Virus record (IMG/VR): IMGVR_UViG_3300033141_006329
Coordinates: 159,371-223,370 of that record
Reading direction: 5' to 3' (one strand)
DNA: 64,000 nucleotides
Below are positions 36,538 through 47,800 of the stretch, piece by piece; position 1 is the stretch's first letter, and every line of letters begins with the position of its first letter. Made by a program: the position numbers and the translations under genes. The notes beneath the pieces were generated by a model. That model was not told the DNA's origin. It worked only from the letters and a program-made list of their open reading frames with translations, and searched no databases.

Positions 36538-36552
36538 AGGACAAACTAAAAA
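36538..36552 (+). promoter_or_regulatory. Putative late promoter motif
   Basis: AGGACAAACTAAAAA. Confidence 0.6.
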
Positions 36553-36601
36553 CAAAAGTTAAATCACGAGGGAATTAAAACAATTAAGAGGAGGGGTAAG
36601 T

Positions 36602-37645
36602 ATGCCTATATTCAAAGGATTTAATATTGAGTATCCACATTATACAGTAGTGTGCCCGCAAACAGGATATACGTATGATGTAAGATCATTGAATGTCATG
36701 GAGACGGAAAAGCTTAAGGGATCATTAACAGTTCCTGCAAAAACATCAGCTCTATTAAATGAGATGTTGTGGAAATCGTTAGTAGCAAAACCTAACGGTA
36801 TAACATCATTTGATAATTTTAAACAAGAAACAACTTTGAGAGACAGAGAAGCTCTAGTGTATGCATTGTATATTTCTACATTTGGAGAGGATCGAGATTT
36901 TGATGTTAGGTGCAGGTCTTGTAGTAAAGAACAAACTATAAAAATTAATCTATCAAAAATATTTTCTATGGAAGCATATCCTGTCAGCATGGCTATGAAG
37001 AATTCATATAAAGTCGCAAAGGCAGTAGATGATGAAGTATATGATCCAATTGTAGAAAATTCTATATTGAAAAATCAAAAACCTGAAGGTATGCCAGCGC
37101 ATTTATCCAATCTCGAATTTGGAGATGATGATGACGATGGTATAACATTAGGTTCTAAACCAGGACAACCAAAAGTAGAAATACCAAAGGTTGAGGAGAA
37201 AAAAGAAGAAAAACCCGAAGAAGAAAATAATCCAGACAGCATATTAACCAAAAGAATTGATTTGGAATTACCAATATCCAAAGTACACGCTATCTTAAAA
37301 CAACCTACTCTAATAGATGAGGAAAAAGTATTAAATTCAATCCCATTTGCACAAAGGAAGCAAACAGATCTTATGAGCGAGACTCTTATAATAGATAGAT
37401 TTGAACAATATGAGTTGGGAGCAAAAGTACCTTCAATTATAGTAGCAGATAGAAATGATGTTCTTTATGGATATCAGACCTTGCCACCTTTAGATAAAAT
37501 AGAGATATACAAAAAATTTAGAGATACATTTGGTAAATATGGTATAGAATTAAAAACAGGCTATGTTTGTTCAAGCTGTGGTGAGAGCCAGGAATTGGAG
37601 GTGGACATTGTTGTCCAGTTCTTTCGAATCCTTGCAACGATGTAA
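36602..37645 (+). CDS. Baseplate hub / tail assembly chaperone (T4 gp26/gp51-like)
   Basis: YTVVCPQTG..VRSL.V, CRSC and CSSCG Zn knuckles, ends QFFR; follows the tube gene. Confidence 0.7.
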   Translation: MPIFKGFNIEYPHYTVVCPQTGYTYDVRSLNVMETEKLKGSLTVPAKTSALLNEMLWKSLVAKPNGITSFDNFKQETTLRDREALVYALYISTFGEDRDFDVRCRSCSKEQTIKINLSKIFSMEAYPVSMAMKNSYKVAKAVDDEVYDPIVENSILKNQKPEGMPAHLSNLEFGDDDDDGITLGSKPGQPKVEIPKVEEKKEEKPEEENNPDSILTKRIDLELPISKVHAILKQPTLIDEEKVLNSIPFAQRKQTDLMSETLIIDRFEQYELGAKVPSIIVADRNDVLYGYQTLPPLDKIEIYKKFRDTFGKYGIELKTGYVCSSCGESQELEVDIVVQFFRILATM

Positions 37646-37871
37646 TGATATAGAAAATTTTAGGAAAGTTTTACATGAGAATATAAGGTCTCTGATGGAA
37701 ATGATGCACGAGTCATGGTTATCAATAATGTATATGCCTTATAGATTTTTTATGGATACACTTCAATGGAAGATAGATTTAGAAGAAGAAAAGAAGAAAC
37801 GTTTAGAAGAGCAGACCAAGGGCGATAGAATAACAGGACATTCTACTCCAAGACATCTGAAGAAAGGTTAA
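37563..37871 (+). CDS. Overlapping +1-frame ORF, possible frameshift extension of the chaperone
   Basis: ENIRSLMEMMHESWLSIMYMPY; no good RBS; TTC TTT CGA at 37619-37627. Confidence 0.6.
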   Translation: MFVQAVVRARNWRWTLLSSSFESLQRCNDIENFRKVLHENIRSLMEMMHESWLSIMYMPYRFFMDTLQWKIDLEEEKKKRLEEQTKGDRITGHSTPRHLKKG

Positions 37872-37874
37872 ATA

Positions 37875-38201
37875 ATGACGCTGAAGAAATTTGCGGCTAT
37901 AGTATCAATTATTACTGGGTTGGTTGCGATAATAGCAATTGGTACAAGAGTTGATAGTAGATGGGCCAAAGCAGATGATGTTGAGATAGTAATGATGCAG
38001 CAACAACAGTTATCAATGCGATTAGATAGGAAAATTCTCGAGGATAGTGCGCAAGGCATTCAAAATAGAATTTGGAAGTTGGAGGACAGGTATGGAACAA
38101 TTGATAAGATGCCCGCCGTTGTTAGAGAAGAATACAGACAATTGAAAGTCAGGCTAGATCAGATTTATAAACAGTTGGATACCTACAATAAGATACAATA
38201 G
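37875..38201 (+). CDS. Single-TM coiled-coil protein (holin/spanin-like, unresolved)
   Basis: N-terminal TM then coiled coil. Confidence 0.5.
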   Translation: MTLKKFAAIVSIITGLVAIIAIGTRVDSRWAKADDVEIVMMQQQQLSMRLDRKILEDSAQGIQNRIWKLEDRYGTIDKMPAVVREEYRQLKVRLDQIYKQLDTYNKIQ

Positions 38202-38211
38202 TTGGTGTAGT

Positions 38212-38242
38212 GGGGCTGTCTTTTTGGGCAGCCCTTTCTTTT
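38212..38242 (+). terminator. Intrinsic terminator
   Basis: GGGCTGTC-ttttt-GGGCAGCCC-TTTCTTTT. Confidence 0.8.
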
Positions 38243-38249
38243 CATCATA

Positions 38250-38264
38250 AGGACAAACTATAAA
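38250..38264 (+). promoter_or_regulatory. Putative late promoter motif
   Basis: AGGACAAACTATAAA. Confidence 0.65.
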
Positions 38265-38278
38265 CAGAGGAATTATAT

Positions 38279-38704
38279 ATGGCAAATAAGGGATTGGAAG
38301 CATTTCTTAAGAAGGTACCAGGAACAAAAAAAGAATTGCGAGACGTAGATGATAGAATAACACAGTCTGGTGATCTGAAAGAACTTAGTGGTATTGATGT
38401 AATAATAAAAAGTTTATCCAGATTATTATTGATACCATCTGGAACCTATATACACGATCCAGAAATAGGTACCAGTCTATATAAGTATATATTTGAGCCG
38501 GTAGACGAAAGGACAAAAACTTCTATAGAACAAGTAATTGCTGCTGCCATATCTCGTTTTGAAAATAGGGCAAAAATAGATTTTGAGGTATTATTCTTTT
38601 CTAATAAGAAAGGATTTCGTATAGATTTATTTATAGAATATGATGGTAAGAAAAAATCTGTTTCTATAAATGTAGATGAGTCAATGCTCAAGACATTGAC
38701 ATAG
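38279..38704 (+). CDS. Baseplate wedge protein (gp25-like)
   Basis: IIKSLSRLLL...GT..HDPEIGT.L..YIFEP..RFE.R. Confidence 0.88.
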   Translation: MANKGLEAFLKKVPGTKKELRDVDDRITQSGDLKELSGIDVIIKSLSRLLLIPSGTYIHDPEIGTSLYKYIFEPVDERTKTSIEQVIAAAISRFENRAKIDFEVLFFSNKKGFRIDLFIEYDGKKKSVSINVDESMLKTLT

Positions 38705-38714
38705 CGAGGATATA

Positions 38715-39233
38715 ATGATAAGCAAAAAATATATTGACAAACTTGCACATGCTGCTGCCACGTCCCCTAAAAATAATTTACCAGAACCAACTGAACAACA
38801 GAAAAAATCCGGCCTATATAAAAAGGGTCATATTAAGTTGCAAGGGTTGGACATAAGCATAGAAAATCCTGAGGGAAGTTTCCGCACAGGAGTCAGTCCG
38901 GCTGGTAAAACCTGGAAGAGTAAACTATACTCACACTATGGTTATATTAAAGGAAAAGATAATATAGGTAAGGATGGAGATCCCGTAGATGTGTTCATTG
39001 GACCAAAACCAGAAAGTAAAATGGTTTATATTGTAAATCAAAAAAATGATAAAGATGAATTTGATGAGCATAAAATTATGGTAGGATGGGATAAAATAAA
39101 GGATGCGGTGGGTGGATATCTTAAAAATTATGAGCCAAATTGGGATGGTATAATGTCTGTTCATAGATTATCTATGGATGGATTTAAGAACTGGTTGGAT
39201 AATGGTAATAAGAAGAGGCCATTTAAGGAATAA
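38715..39233 (+). CDS. Stand-alone inorganic-pyrophosphatase-like domain (polyvalent-protein type)
   Basis: ISIENP.GS.R.G..W..HYGYI..DGDPVDVFIG..FDEHK.M.G. Confidence 0.85.
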   Translation: MISKKYIDKLAHAAATSPKNNLPEPTEQQKKSGLYKKGHIKLQGLDISIENPEGSFRTGVSPAGKTWKSKLYSHYGYIKGKDNIGKDGDPVDVFIGPKPESKMVYIVNQKNDKDEFDEHKIMVGWDKIKDAVGGYLKNYEPNWDGIMSVHRLSMDGFKNWLDNGNKKRPFKE

Positions 39234-39235
39234 TT

Positions 39236-39898
39236 ATGGAACCATATATTCGCAATTTTAATTATTTTCAAAATTATTACGATACTGTATATGACATATA
39301 TTCCGAACACTATCCCGCATATCCGGTTATATACTATTCGATAAATTGGGGAGATTCCATTTATGATAAGGGCACACTAGATGCTGGAACGTATGAAAAA
39401 AACGGTGTAGGAGAGCTTACAGGGATAAAGTTTAAGAAGATACTATTCTTGCCTGTCTATGGGATAGAACAAGTTCAGCCTACGTATAATGCCGATGAAA
39501 AGGGCCATAATATGTTCGAATCAGAGAGAACTCAAGTTATAATCCCTAGTAATTATGGATTGGTTCCTGGTGAATGGGATGTTGTACATTTCATACAAGA
39601 TTTCACATCACCAGAAAATTTTGAGAATGGTCCTATATTTGTAGTACATAATGTTAATACTGCAACTATGGGAAACCTGACACACTATCAGTGTAAATTA
39701 AAAGCAGCACCATACAGTCTACAATATGTTAAAGATCAAGTAACAAGTTACTATATGTTTGTAGACCTTACAAAAAGAATACACAGATTAGATACTGCAC
39801 ATATAATGAACAAATTACAACAGAGATCCGGCACGATAACAGATAGACTAAGTAGTTTATTTGATTGTTGCACAGGTTTTTATTTAAAAGAGGGGTAG
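39236..39898 (+). CDS. Putative neck or baseplate structural protein
   Basis: Operon context only. Confidence 0.45.
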   Translation: MEPYIRNFNYFQNYYDTVYDIYSEHYPAYPVIYYSINWGDSIYDKGTLDAGTYEKNGVGELTGIKFKKILFLPVYGIEQVQPTYNADEKGHNMFESERTQVIIPSNYGLVPGEWDVVHFIQDFTSPENFENGPIFVVHNVNTATMGNLTHYQCKLKAAPYSLQYVKDQVTSYYMFVDLTKRIHRLDTAHIMNKLQQRSGTITDRLSSLFDCCTGFYLKEG

Positions 39899-39910
39899 GT
39901 GAAAAAATAA

Positions 39911-42556
39911 ATGTTCGAAGACAAGACTGTAAATATATTTAGTTCTAGGGATAAAATTAGAGACCAGATGATAGAATATACAAAACAATATCTGGAATTG
40001 GAAGGTATTGATTTTTCTAAATTATCATATTTGTCTTATGTTGTAAATATCATGAGTGCTCTCACAGCTAATTTATTATATTATACTACATCGACATATA
40101 AGGAGATGTTTTTAACAAAGGCTGTACAAAAAGAAAGTGTATTAAATTTGAGTGCCATGTTAGGATACACACCACCCTGGGCAGTTCCCTCCACCGCATC
40201 CGTCCTGGTAGCAATACCTATAGATTTTGCAGATGATGTATATTTTACATTACCTGCAGGGCATAAATATTATGCCAGCAAAATCGTATTCACACAGAAT
40301 AATTCCATACATGTAGATATACAAAGAGATGATACAGGAACAATAACATCAACTACAGTTACAGAGGAAGTATCTTCGGGTGGTACTCGATCTGTAAGAT
40401 ATGAAATACAAACAGTGGATGATAAAACTACATTATATTTTATGGTAAATCTTACCCAACAAGAAATTACAACTTTAGAAGTTCCTATACCCGAACTAAA
40501 AGCATATGAATTCCACATAGTACCATTAACATTTTCAGGGCAGGTTGCTAGTGTAGAAATGGTTATTTCAGAAGAATGGAATATGTATGATTCTCTATTC
40601 CTTATACCCTGGAGTGAGAAAGGGTTTGCTATAAGATTGACAGAAGCGGGCGCACAAATATTTTTTGGCAATGGTGTTATTGGGCAACAACCACCCGCAG
40701 GAGAAGTAGCAAACATAGAACTTAATATTACAAATGGTGCAGATGGTAATGTAATATCTGGATCTATTAATAAAGCTGATAAAATATATATAAGAGACTA
40801 TGATCCTAATGGTAATGCTATGGATGATACAGGTCCATATGCAGGCATTCCTTACATCATGAAGCCCTTAAAATTAACAGTTATAAATACAGCTCCTGCT
40901 TCTGGAGGAAAAGATTTTCCCACTATAGATGAAATAAGAAGTGCAGCAATTGCAAACATAAGTTCGTTGAAACGACTGGTAACAAAAAATGATTTTGATA
41001 ATATAAAGGAAATTATTCCGAATTTGCCGATAGAACATGCTATTCATATGATAAAAAGAAGTGATTTAAAAAGTAATGAAATTAATTTATTTACAGATTT
41101 AATTTTTGATGAGACTATAGTACCAACAAGAAATGTAATATGGCCCACAGATAGTACATCAAACCCATCTCTAAAAATATATACTGAGGATACTATAGAA
41201 ATAGATGGTGTATATTATTATAGTATGTTTAATATAAATATAGATCCCGCCCTTGGTAAATGTGATTATTATTATTTAGCAAATTCTGTAGAAAAATCAG
41301 TTACTATAAGTAATACTAGCGAGGGTTTAACAGGAGTCATACCAACATATGCAAGATTTGAAACTATAATAACAGATAGTACGTCAGGAGAGATTTTACC
41401 TATAGCCGATCAGAAATTAGATATAGAATTGAATTATGATGTTCTTATAGAAAATGCAGATAGTGGATTAAATTGTCAACTGGTGACGGGATGGGATGGA
41501 ATGGCTTATGCTATGGACCAAGAAATAGTAGGTGATGTTACCAAGTTTACATTAGCTACATCTTCACTTGATCTCTTGAATGTAGAAAATGGTGCGCAAA
41601 CATACTTCTTCAAAATGTATTTTCTAATTCCAGATCCTGATAATCCAGGAAACTATATACCACAACTCCCATATCTAAATGAGTCTCAAGTAGAGGTTAT
41701 AATAAAAGATGATCTAAGTGAATATATGTATAGTCAGGTAGATGTGACGGGAGCAACAGATGATTATGATGTGATATTATATGATGTACCAGTAATTAAA
41801 AAATCATATTATGACTCAATTGATCACAATGCATTCACAACACAGATATATAATAAAATAATAACTTTCGATACTACTGATTATAAGATGACGACAGATT
41901 TCATAAATCTGAAATTTAGCAATACTACGGGCGCACTTGATAATATGAAATATAATTTGGAAAGTAAAAGCCCAGTCAATAGTGTGAATCCTACCAGTTG
42001 GGCAGTAGTGGATTCTACTAATGATGGCTCTAGATATTTGGTTTCGGATGATGTGTGCGGAAATCCTTGGGGGTCAGCTCCTTGGAATAGGGAACCACCA
42101 TTTATAGCTGAATATATAAGTGATACTACTAGCTGGTCATTTGAAACTATTATAACAAATGATATTATAAAGGTAAACGATATTGACAAGAAAGTTATAT
42201 ATAACGGTAGAGATGTTTTAATACCTATAAATACTATTCCTCTAGTTTTGAATATAATTGTATGGCGCAATCCTAGTTATTCTAGTACCTCAAGGGCTAT
42301 AGTATCTAATGTTAAGACGGGGTTGATTAATGGATTATATCAAAAGTTTGGATTTGATAAGGATATATTTATAACAGAGATTGTGGATATAGTTCAATCC
42401 GTACCGGGTGTCTCGCATTGTAAAGTGATGGAACCTTCCCATGATATATTTTTTAATTACGATTTAAGGAAAGATTTAACTGAGCAGGAGCTATTAGAAT
42501 ATTCACCCCAGTTGGTTTGGTTTGATAGTACATCTATATATGTAGAGGTTAGGTAG
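39911..42556 (+). CDS. Baseplate wedge subunit (T4 gp6-like)
   Basis: SVLNLSAMLGYTP, IFFGNG..G, GADGN, SGGKD..IDEIR, RLVT.NDF. Confidence 0.85.
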   Translation: MFEDKTVNIFSSRDKIRDQMIEYTKQYLELEGIDFSKLSYLSYVVNIMSALTANLLYYTTSTYKEMFLTKAVQKESVLNLSAMLGYTPPWAVPSTASVLVAIPIDFADDVYFTLPAGHKYYASKIVFTQNNSIHVDIQRDDTGTITSTTVTEEVSSGGTRSVRYEIQTVDDKTTLYFMVNLTQQEITTLEVPIPELKAYEFHIVPLTFSGQVASVEMVISEEWNMYDSLFLIPWSEKGFAIRLTEAGAQIFFGNGVIGQQPPAGEVANIELNITNGADGNVISGSINKADKIYIRDYDPNGNAMDDTGPYAGIPYIMKPLKLTVINTAPASGGKDFPTIDEIRSAAIANISSLKRLVTKNDFDNIKEIIPNLPIEHAIHMIKRSDLKSNEINLFTDLIFDETIVPTRNVIWPTDSTSNPSLKIYTEDTIEIDGVYYYSMFNINIDPALGKCDYYYLANSVEKSVTISNTSEGLTGVIPTYARFETIITDSTSGEILPIADQKLDIELNYDVLIENADSGLNCQLVTGWDGMAYAMDQEIVGDVTKFTLATSSLDLLNVENGAQTYFFKMYFLIPDPDNPGNYIPQLPYLNESQVEVIIKDDLSEYMYSQVDVTGATDDYDVILYDVPVIKKSYYDSIDHNAFTTQIYNKIITFDTTDYKMTTDFINLKFSNTTGALDNMKYNLESKSPVNSVNPTSWAVVDSTNDGSRYLVSDDVCGNPWGSAPWNREPPFIAEYISDTTSWSFETIITNDIIKVNDIDKKVIYNGRDVLIPINTIPLVLNIIVWRNPSYSSTSRAIVSNVKTGLINGLYQKFGFDKDIFITEIVDIVQSVPGVSHCKVMEPSHDIFFNYDLRKDLTEQELLEYSPQLVWFDSTSIYVEVR

Positions 42557-42558
42557 TA

Positions 42559-43638
42559 GTGAACATTTTAGAGTATAGTCAGGTTTCGATAGAGCCTAAA
42601 TCAGATGCCAATATCTATAGGTATATGTCTAAGATAGTAGGAACAGAATTATCTAATATGGTAAAACCCTGTTACTATCCTAAACCTGTAATATATTTTA
42701 AAGATATTCAGGAACAATTGGGCGTTACCCCAGAGGATATAAAAAAGTTTAAGAGTGGGATAGAAGCAAAATATAAAACCTTTGATATATATAATGACAA
42801 ATATACAATCATGTTGATGTTAGCTATATTGCATTATGCTCAAAAGAAAAAATATGAAATTTCTAAGATGTTCTTTTTGTTTCTTGCTATTAAATTTTAT
42901 TCCAGCCGATTGCATACTCATTTAAAATCTTTTTGCAATGAAGATTTATGGATAGTAACTCTAGATAGATTATCCCCCCGACATTTATTTAAAACAAAGA
43001 AAGGCATACCAAATGCTATACGGTATGTATCGGATTTTGATTTTAATAAACAAAAAAATAAATTATCACAAGACATATTAAGCGACAAAGACTTAATATC
43101 CATAGTTTATGGTCTGAGACGAAAAATAGCACAGTCATTACGGTCGTTTGCTCAGTTGTACTATAAGTTATATGAAGAGGGTAAAACCGCAAAATCCGCC
43201 CCTTTAGAAGATGCAGAAGTGGAAGGATCACAGTTGGTTGCAGATAAAGTAAGTATGACAATGTGCGTTTTTGGTCAGATAGATAGAGATGCGTTAAAGA
43301 AAGCAATAATACAAGGAAGGGTAAGGAAAGATTTAGCCTCAACTATAATAACCGAATTTTCTGTTACAGAATATAAAGATAAAATGAGATTCATTATAAT
43401 ATTGATGAGTCGATTGATGAGTTTGAAATCAGTGTGTGTAGAAAAAGATAGAGGCAAACTCATAAGAAAAATAAATTCAAATGTAAAAATAGGTGGTAAG
43501 TATATAATACGAGATGAGATATTAGAGATGTTATATTCTTTGGAGTCTGGTTATCAATTGAAGAGTATATATGAAAATCAACTAGTTATGTTTTTTAGTA
43601 GTTATATTACAAATTATCTAAGAAATAGAATTTGCTAA
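42559..43638 (+). CDS. Hypothetical protein (GTG start)
   Basis: 359-aa ORF after an AGGT RBS. Confidence 0.6.
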   Translation: MNILEYSQVSIEPKSDANIYRYMSKIVGTELSNMVKPCYYPKPVIYFKDIQEQLGVTPEDIKKFKSGIEAKYKTFDIYNDKYTIMLMLAILHYAQKKKYEISKMFFLFLAIKFYSSRLHTHLKSFCNEDLWIVTLDRLSPRHLFKTKKGIPNAIRYVSDFDFNKQKNKLSQDILSDKDLISIVYGLRRKIAQSLRSFAQLYYKLYEEGKTAKSAPLEDAEVEGSQLVADKVSMTMCVFGQIDRDALKKAIIQGRVRKDLASTIITEFSVTEYKDKMRFIIILMSRLMSLKSVCVEKDRGKLIRKINSNVKIGGKYIIRDEILEMLYSLESGYQLKSIYENQLVMFFSSYITNYLRNRIC

Positions 43639-43653
43639 ACAGATATTTTCTTT

Positions 43654-44853
43654 TTAAGGTTCGGAGTCTTCCGACCAATTGGCTAAATCGTTAGCCAGAG
43701 AACTAGTTGCAGAAGGTATTCTGGCTGGGGCAGTATCTGTAGATTCTGGAGTGCTTCCGGTTGTGGAGGCAGGTGCACTGCTAAAAGATGGATAATCTAC
43801 TGTGGATATTTTGCCTATCTTTGCTGTACTTTTGGCCAGATGTTCTATATAATCACCAAATAGGGGTCTGCCTTTATCTTTAATAGCATCACTATTTGGA
43901 TCAACTGCGATCATAGTATTATATAAATCATTAATTGTCAATTTGATATCAACCATACCAGGTCTTTGTACATATGATATATTATTTGCATCACCACCCT
44001 TTATAATATCTATAGATGATACATAACCCGCCTTAACTTTAAATAGACCAGGACAAGTCACAGAACATAATACAGGAAATGTAAATGTAGACGCACTATC
44101 GGATATCGGCATAACAAAGGCTAATAATTTTGCTATAGGATCAACTATGTATTGAATATGGGCTTGATCATCTGACGGGACGGGATTATATAATCTAACT
44201 GTAACTGAGTAAGACGGTGAATAACCCGATCCTTTCCACATTTGAGGAAAATCTATTTTACTACCTGTTAGTAATTTGGTAACTCCCGAGTTCCCAGATA
44301 GACTTTTCATTATGCCACCCATCCCTCCAATTCCTTTTCCTACTCCCTTTGTTAGCATACCCAAACCTTTACTAAATAATCCACCCTCTTTCATTTTATC
44401 ACCAGCTTTTTGAAGAATATCTCCACCACCACTGGCCCCAGTTAAATATCTCATCTCCGCTAGACCAGAACTCGCTATATTTCCAATTTCTTCAAATTTG
44501 GACTCACCATATTCCACAGAAAAAGATTCAGATATACTAGCATCATTCTGAAAAGCTACATATAAACAATTACCATCTATAATAGGAACACTTGCCGAAC
44601 CTAATATATCATTATATTTGGCAAGACCAGTTCCATAATCCAATGAAAATAATTGTAAACCGCCTTTCAAATCCTTTGGAAGCATCGGATATGCTGGGTA
44701 CATTGCCATTACTGCCATAGATGCAAGTGTTAAATTGTGTTCATCTCCCCCTGTTATATTGGGTTCGAATATATACGATGGAGGAAGTCCTATTATATTT
44801 TCTATATCACTACCTTTTTTTGTAAATGAATCTAGTATAGCTGAATTTCCCAT
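43654..44853 (-). CDS. Baseplate tail-tube cap or initiator (gp48/gp54-like)
   Basis: PQMWKGS..SYSVTVRLYNP..VDIKLTINDL; follows the tape measure gene. Confidence 0.65.
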   Translation of the reverse strand: MGNSAILDSFTKKGSDIENIIGLPPSYIFEPNITGGDEHNLTLASMAVMAMYPAYPMLPKDLKGGLQLFSLDYGTGLAKYNDILGSASVPIIDGNCLYVAFQNDASISESFSVEYGESKFEEIGNIASSGLAEMRYLTGASGGGDILQKAGDKMKEGGLFSKGLGMLTKGVGKGIGGMGGIMKSLSGNSGVTKLLTGSKIDFPQMWKGSGYSPSYSVTVRLYNPVPSDDQAHIQYIVDPIAKLLAFVMPISDSASTFTFPVLCSVTCPGLFKVKAGYVSSIDIIKGGDANNISYVQRPGMVDIKLTINDLYNTMIAVDPNSDAIKDKGRPLFGDYIEHLAKSTAKIGKISTVDYPSFSSAPASTTGSTPESTDTAPARIPSATSSLANDLANWSEDSEP

Positions 44854-44862
44854 AATTTCTCC

Positions 44863-47800
44863 TTATAACCTCCCACCAAGAATTTTTTCAGTATCATCAT
44901 CAAATCCTACAGATGATGCACCAGCAGTTGTAACACTATTAACACTGCTATTATTACTACTCATATTATTATTTACTATGGTTGCTGTTTGATTTGTAGA
45001 TGTCATAACTTTCTCTAATGTATCTTTAAGATCCTTATTTGATTTAACAGTCGCTGTTCCTTCCATATTTGCACGAGCCATTTCCAACCCTGCCTCGTGG
45101 TGAGCAATGGCTTCAGAACCAGCCATATTAATTGGCCCAGATTCCTTAAATGTTGGTCCGCCTTTAACCAATCCTGTTCTTAAAGTTTCCATAAATACAT
45201 CTGTCATGGCCCTACCAAATTGAGGATTGTCTGGAGCTATAACCATCTCCCCACCTTTTACCATAGTAGGATATTCGCCAGAGCCTGTAAATATTGCACC
45301 ACTGTGTGATTTTGGTATATTGGCTGGATCCATTGTTGGTCCTTCTTTTTTATCAGATCTCCAGGACCAAGGTTTATACCAACTCGAACTACCTTCCTCC
45401 GTAGGTTTGAGTTCTCCTTCTTCCTCTTCTCGCTTTCCTGCCATCCAACTATAAACTTTACCAATGCCCGGAATCTTTCGAATTTTTTCATCTGCCCAAT
45501 CTTTTGCTGCACTTAATATTTCCATCATTTTTTTGAAAGGCCAAGTTATCAAATCTACAACAGGTTTCATTTTTTCTGCGATCCATGCTGCTCCAGGAAC
45601 TTTTTCAAGAACCCAGTCTTTAGCTGCTTTGATACCTTTCAACATCATTCTATTTGGCCATGTTAAGAAGTTGACTACCATTATGCCCAATGCTTTTATC
45701 TTCTCCCAAGGAGTCTTATCAGAAGTTATAAAATCCTTAGCCTTTTTTATGACGCTCCATATTAACTTAAAGGGGAATAATATAAAATTCGTTATGGCTT
45801 TAATTGGTTTTTCTATTTTTTTCCAAACCCATTGTAATGCCTTTGCTATATTCTTACCACCTATTGCTCCTAATATACCACCAGCGATTGCGCCAATGCC
45901 TGCGCCTATTGCTGCACCTATTGGTCCACCTACAGCAAACCCTATACCCGTACCTAATAATGCTCCTTTTCCGGCACCCAGAGCAGCAGATTTTAATCCA
46001 CCCTCACCAGCTCCTCCGAGAGCAGCTCCTATGCCCGCTGTCCATTTGTGCGATGTTTTTAATTTTTCTCCCTCTTTTAAATCATGCATTTTTCTAGCGT
46101 CTTTCACACCCTTAAAAGCATCAAGAGCCATCCATGCGGCACCAGCCAATCCAGCAGCAGCAGCACCAAGGGGCCCTGCAAGTGCTGATAACTTCGTACC
46201 AAGAGTTGCGAGAGCCGGAGCAACTTGAGCAATCATAACAGGAACTTTTAAAGCAGTATTTTTTAAAGCTGACCATGCCTTCATCAAACCCTGTAATATC
46301 CACTTTCTCCAAATCTTTTTAAACCACCCACCAATATTGGCTAGACCTCCCCTGATTTTACCCCAAGTCCTTTTCATTGTTGCCCTGAACCCTAATTCCT
46401 CATCGTGTCTATCACCACCAATCTTCTGATCTTTTTTCAAAATTCTTTTTATTTGAGTTAACAATGAAACTATTTTCATAGGCCATCTGGCATATACGGG
46501 TTTTCCATCTTTATCAACAGCCACAACATCCTTACCTTTAGCTCGTTGAAACAAACCTGCAAATACACCCTTTACTTTAGTCTTTATTTTCCCTTTGATA
46601 TCTGTATACTTATCTTTGATTGCTTGTACTGGTCTCATAATAAATCTACCAACAGCCTTAAATGGAGCAGTAATTATAGCCCAACCTGCTTTTAACCCAG
46701 CCCTAAGACTTGCAAAGCCTGCCTTCAAAACATGATGTAATCCTTTAAATCCCATACTCATTGTATGGCCTACACCCTTAGCTGCTAAAACTATCCCCTC
46801 TCTCACCCCCGTTAACCCTGTTAATATAGTTGAACCAAATACATTTATTCCTTTAGTTATTAAGCCAATTGCTGGACCAAATGCATGTTTAAATGCTGAT
46901 CCCATCCCCTGAAAAAAATTGGCAGTTAGAGTAAATGGCAATTTAGCAAAAGATATAGCAACATCAGTCATACTACCTGCAACTTTGCCCAATATACCTT
47001 CCCCTTCCACCTTACCAATTGTACCTCCCAATAGATTAATCATAGTATCTAATCTATTAATAACAATCAATTGAAAATTATCCCCAATAGTCTTATCTTT
47101 TGTAAATCCTAATTTTCCTAAAGCGCGAGAAAACATCCCAGCAACCCTATCGGTTGCTCTTGGATCATCAAGGGGTAGAACTGCTTCGGGCCCAGCTTCG
47201 CCAACAACAATACCATTGGCAGCATATATAAGACCACCTTTTGCCATAGCTGTTACGGGTTTTTGTAATTTAGCAAGTGAAAATTCAGTAATATCTCTTG
47301 TCATTTTGCCTATAGATAAAACAAAATCTTTGGTATTACCACCTAATGTTTTAACCTGCTCTGCAAAAGTCGATACAAAATTTTTAAGTTTACTTGCAGG
47401 TCCTTCAGACATCTCTTTGATCATTGATCCAAAGCTTTTTATATTTTCCCATACATTTCCTAGCAAAGATGTTATAGGCGTAATAGCTTTCATGACTGTA
47501 TCTTTCATTGTACCAACTACTTCAGATAAAAATAGAGGTATTCCTTTTTTACCTTTTTCTGTTTCTTCCTCTACATTTTCTTTAAAAGTCTTTCCAATGC
47601 TCGTAATAGATCCTAGTACACTACTCATTAAATTCATTGACATAAAATGTATATCAGTAAGTCTGTCTTCTATTTTTTCATATATCTCATACCATTTGGA
47701 TGGTAGAAATTTTTTTACTATAGCCTTTCTTAATTTGACAAAAGTTCTACGCAATAACATAGTTAATTCGAATGCCAATCCAGTTAGATTAAAAAATACT

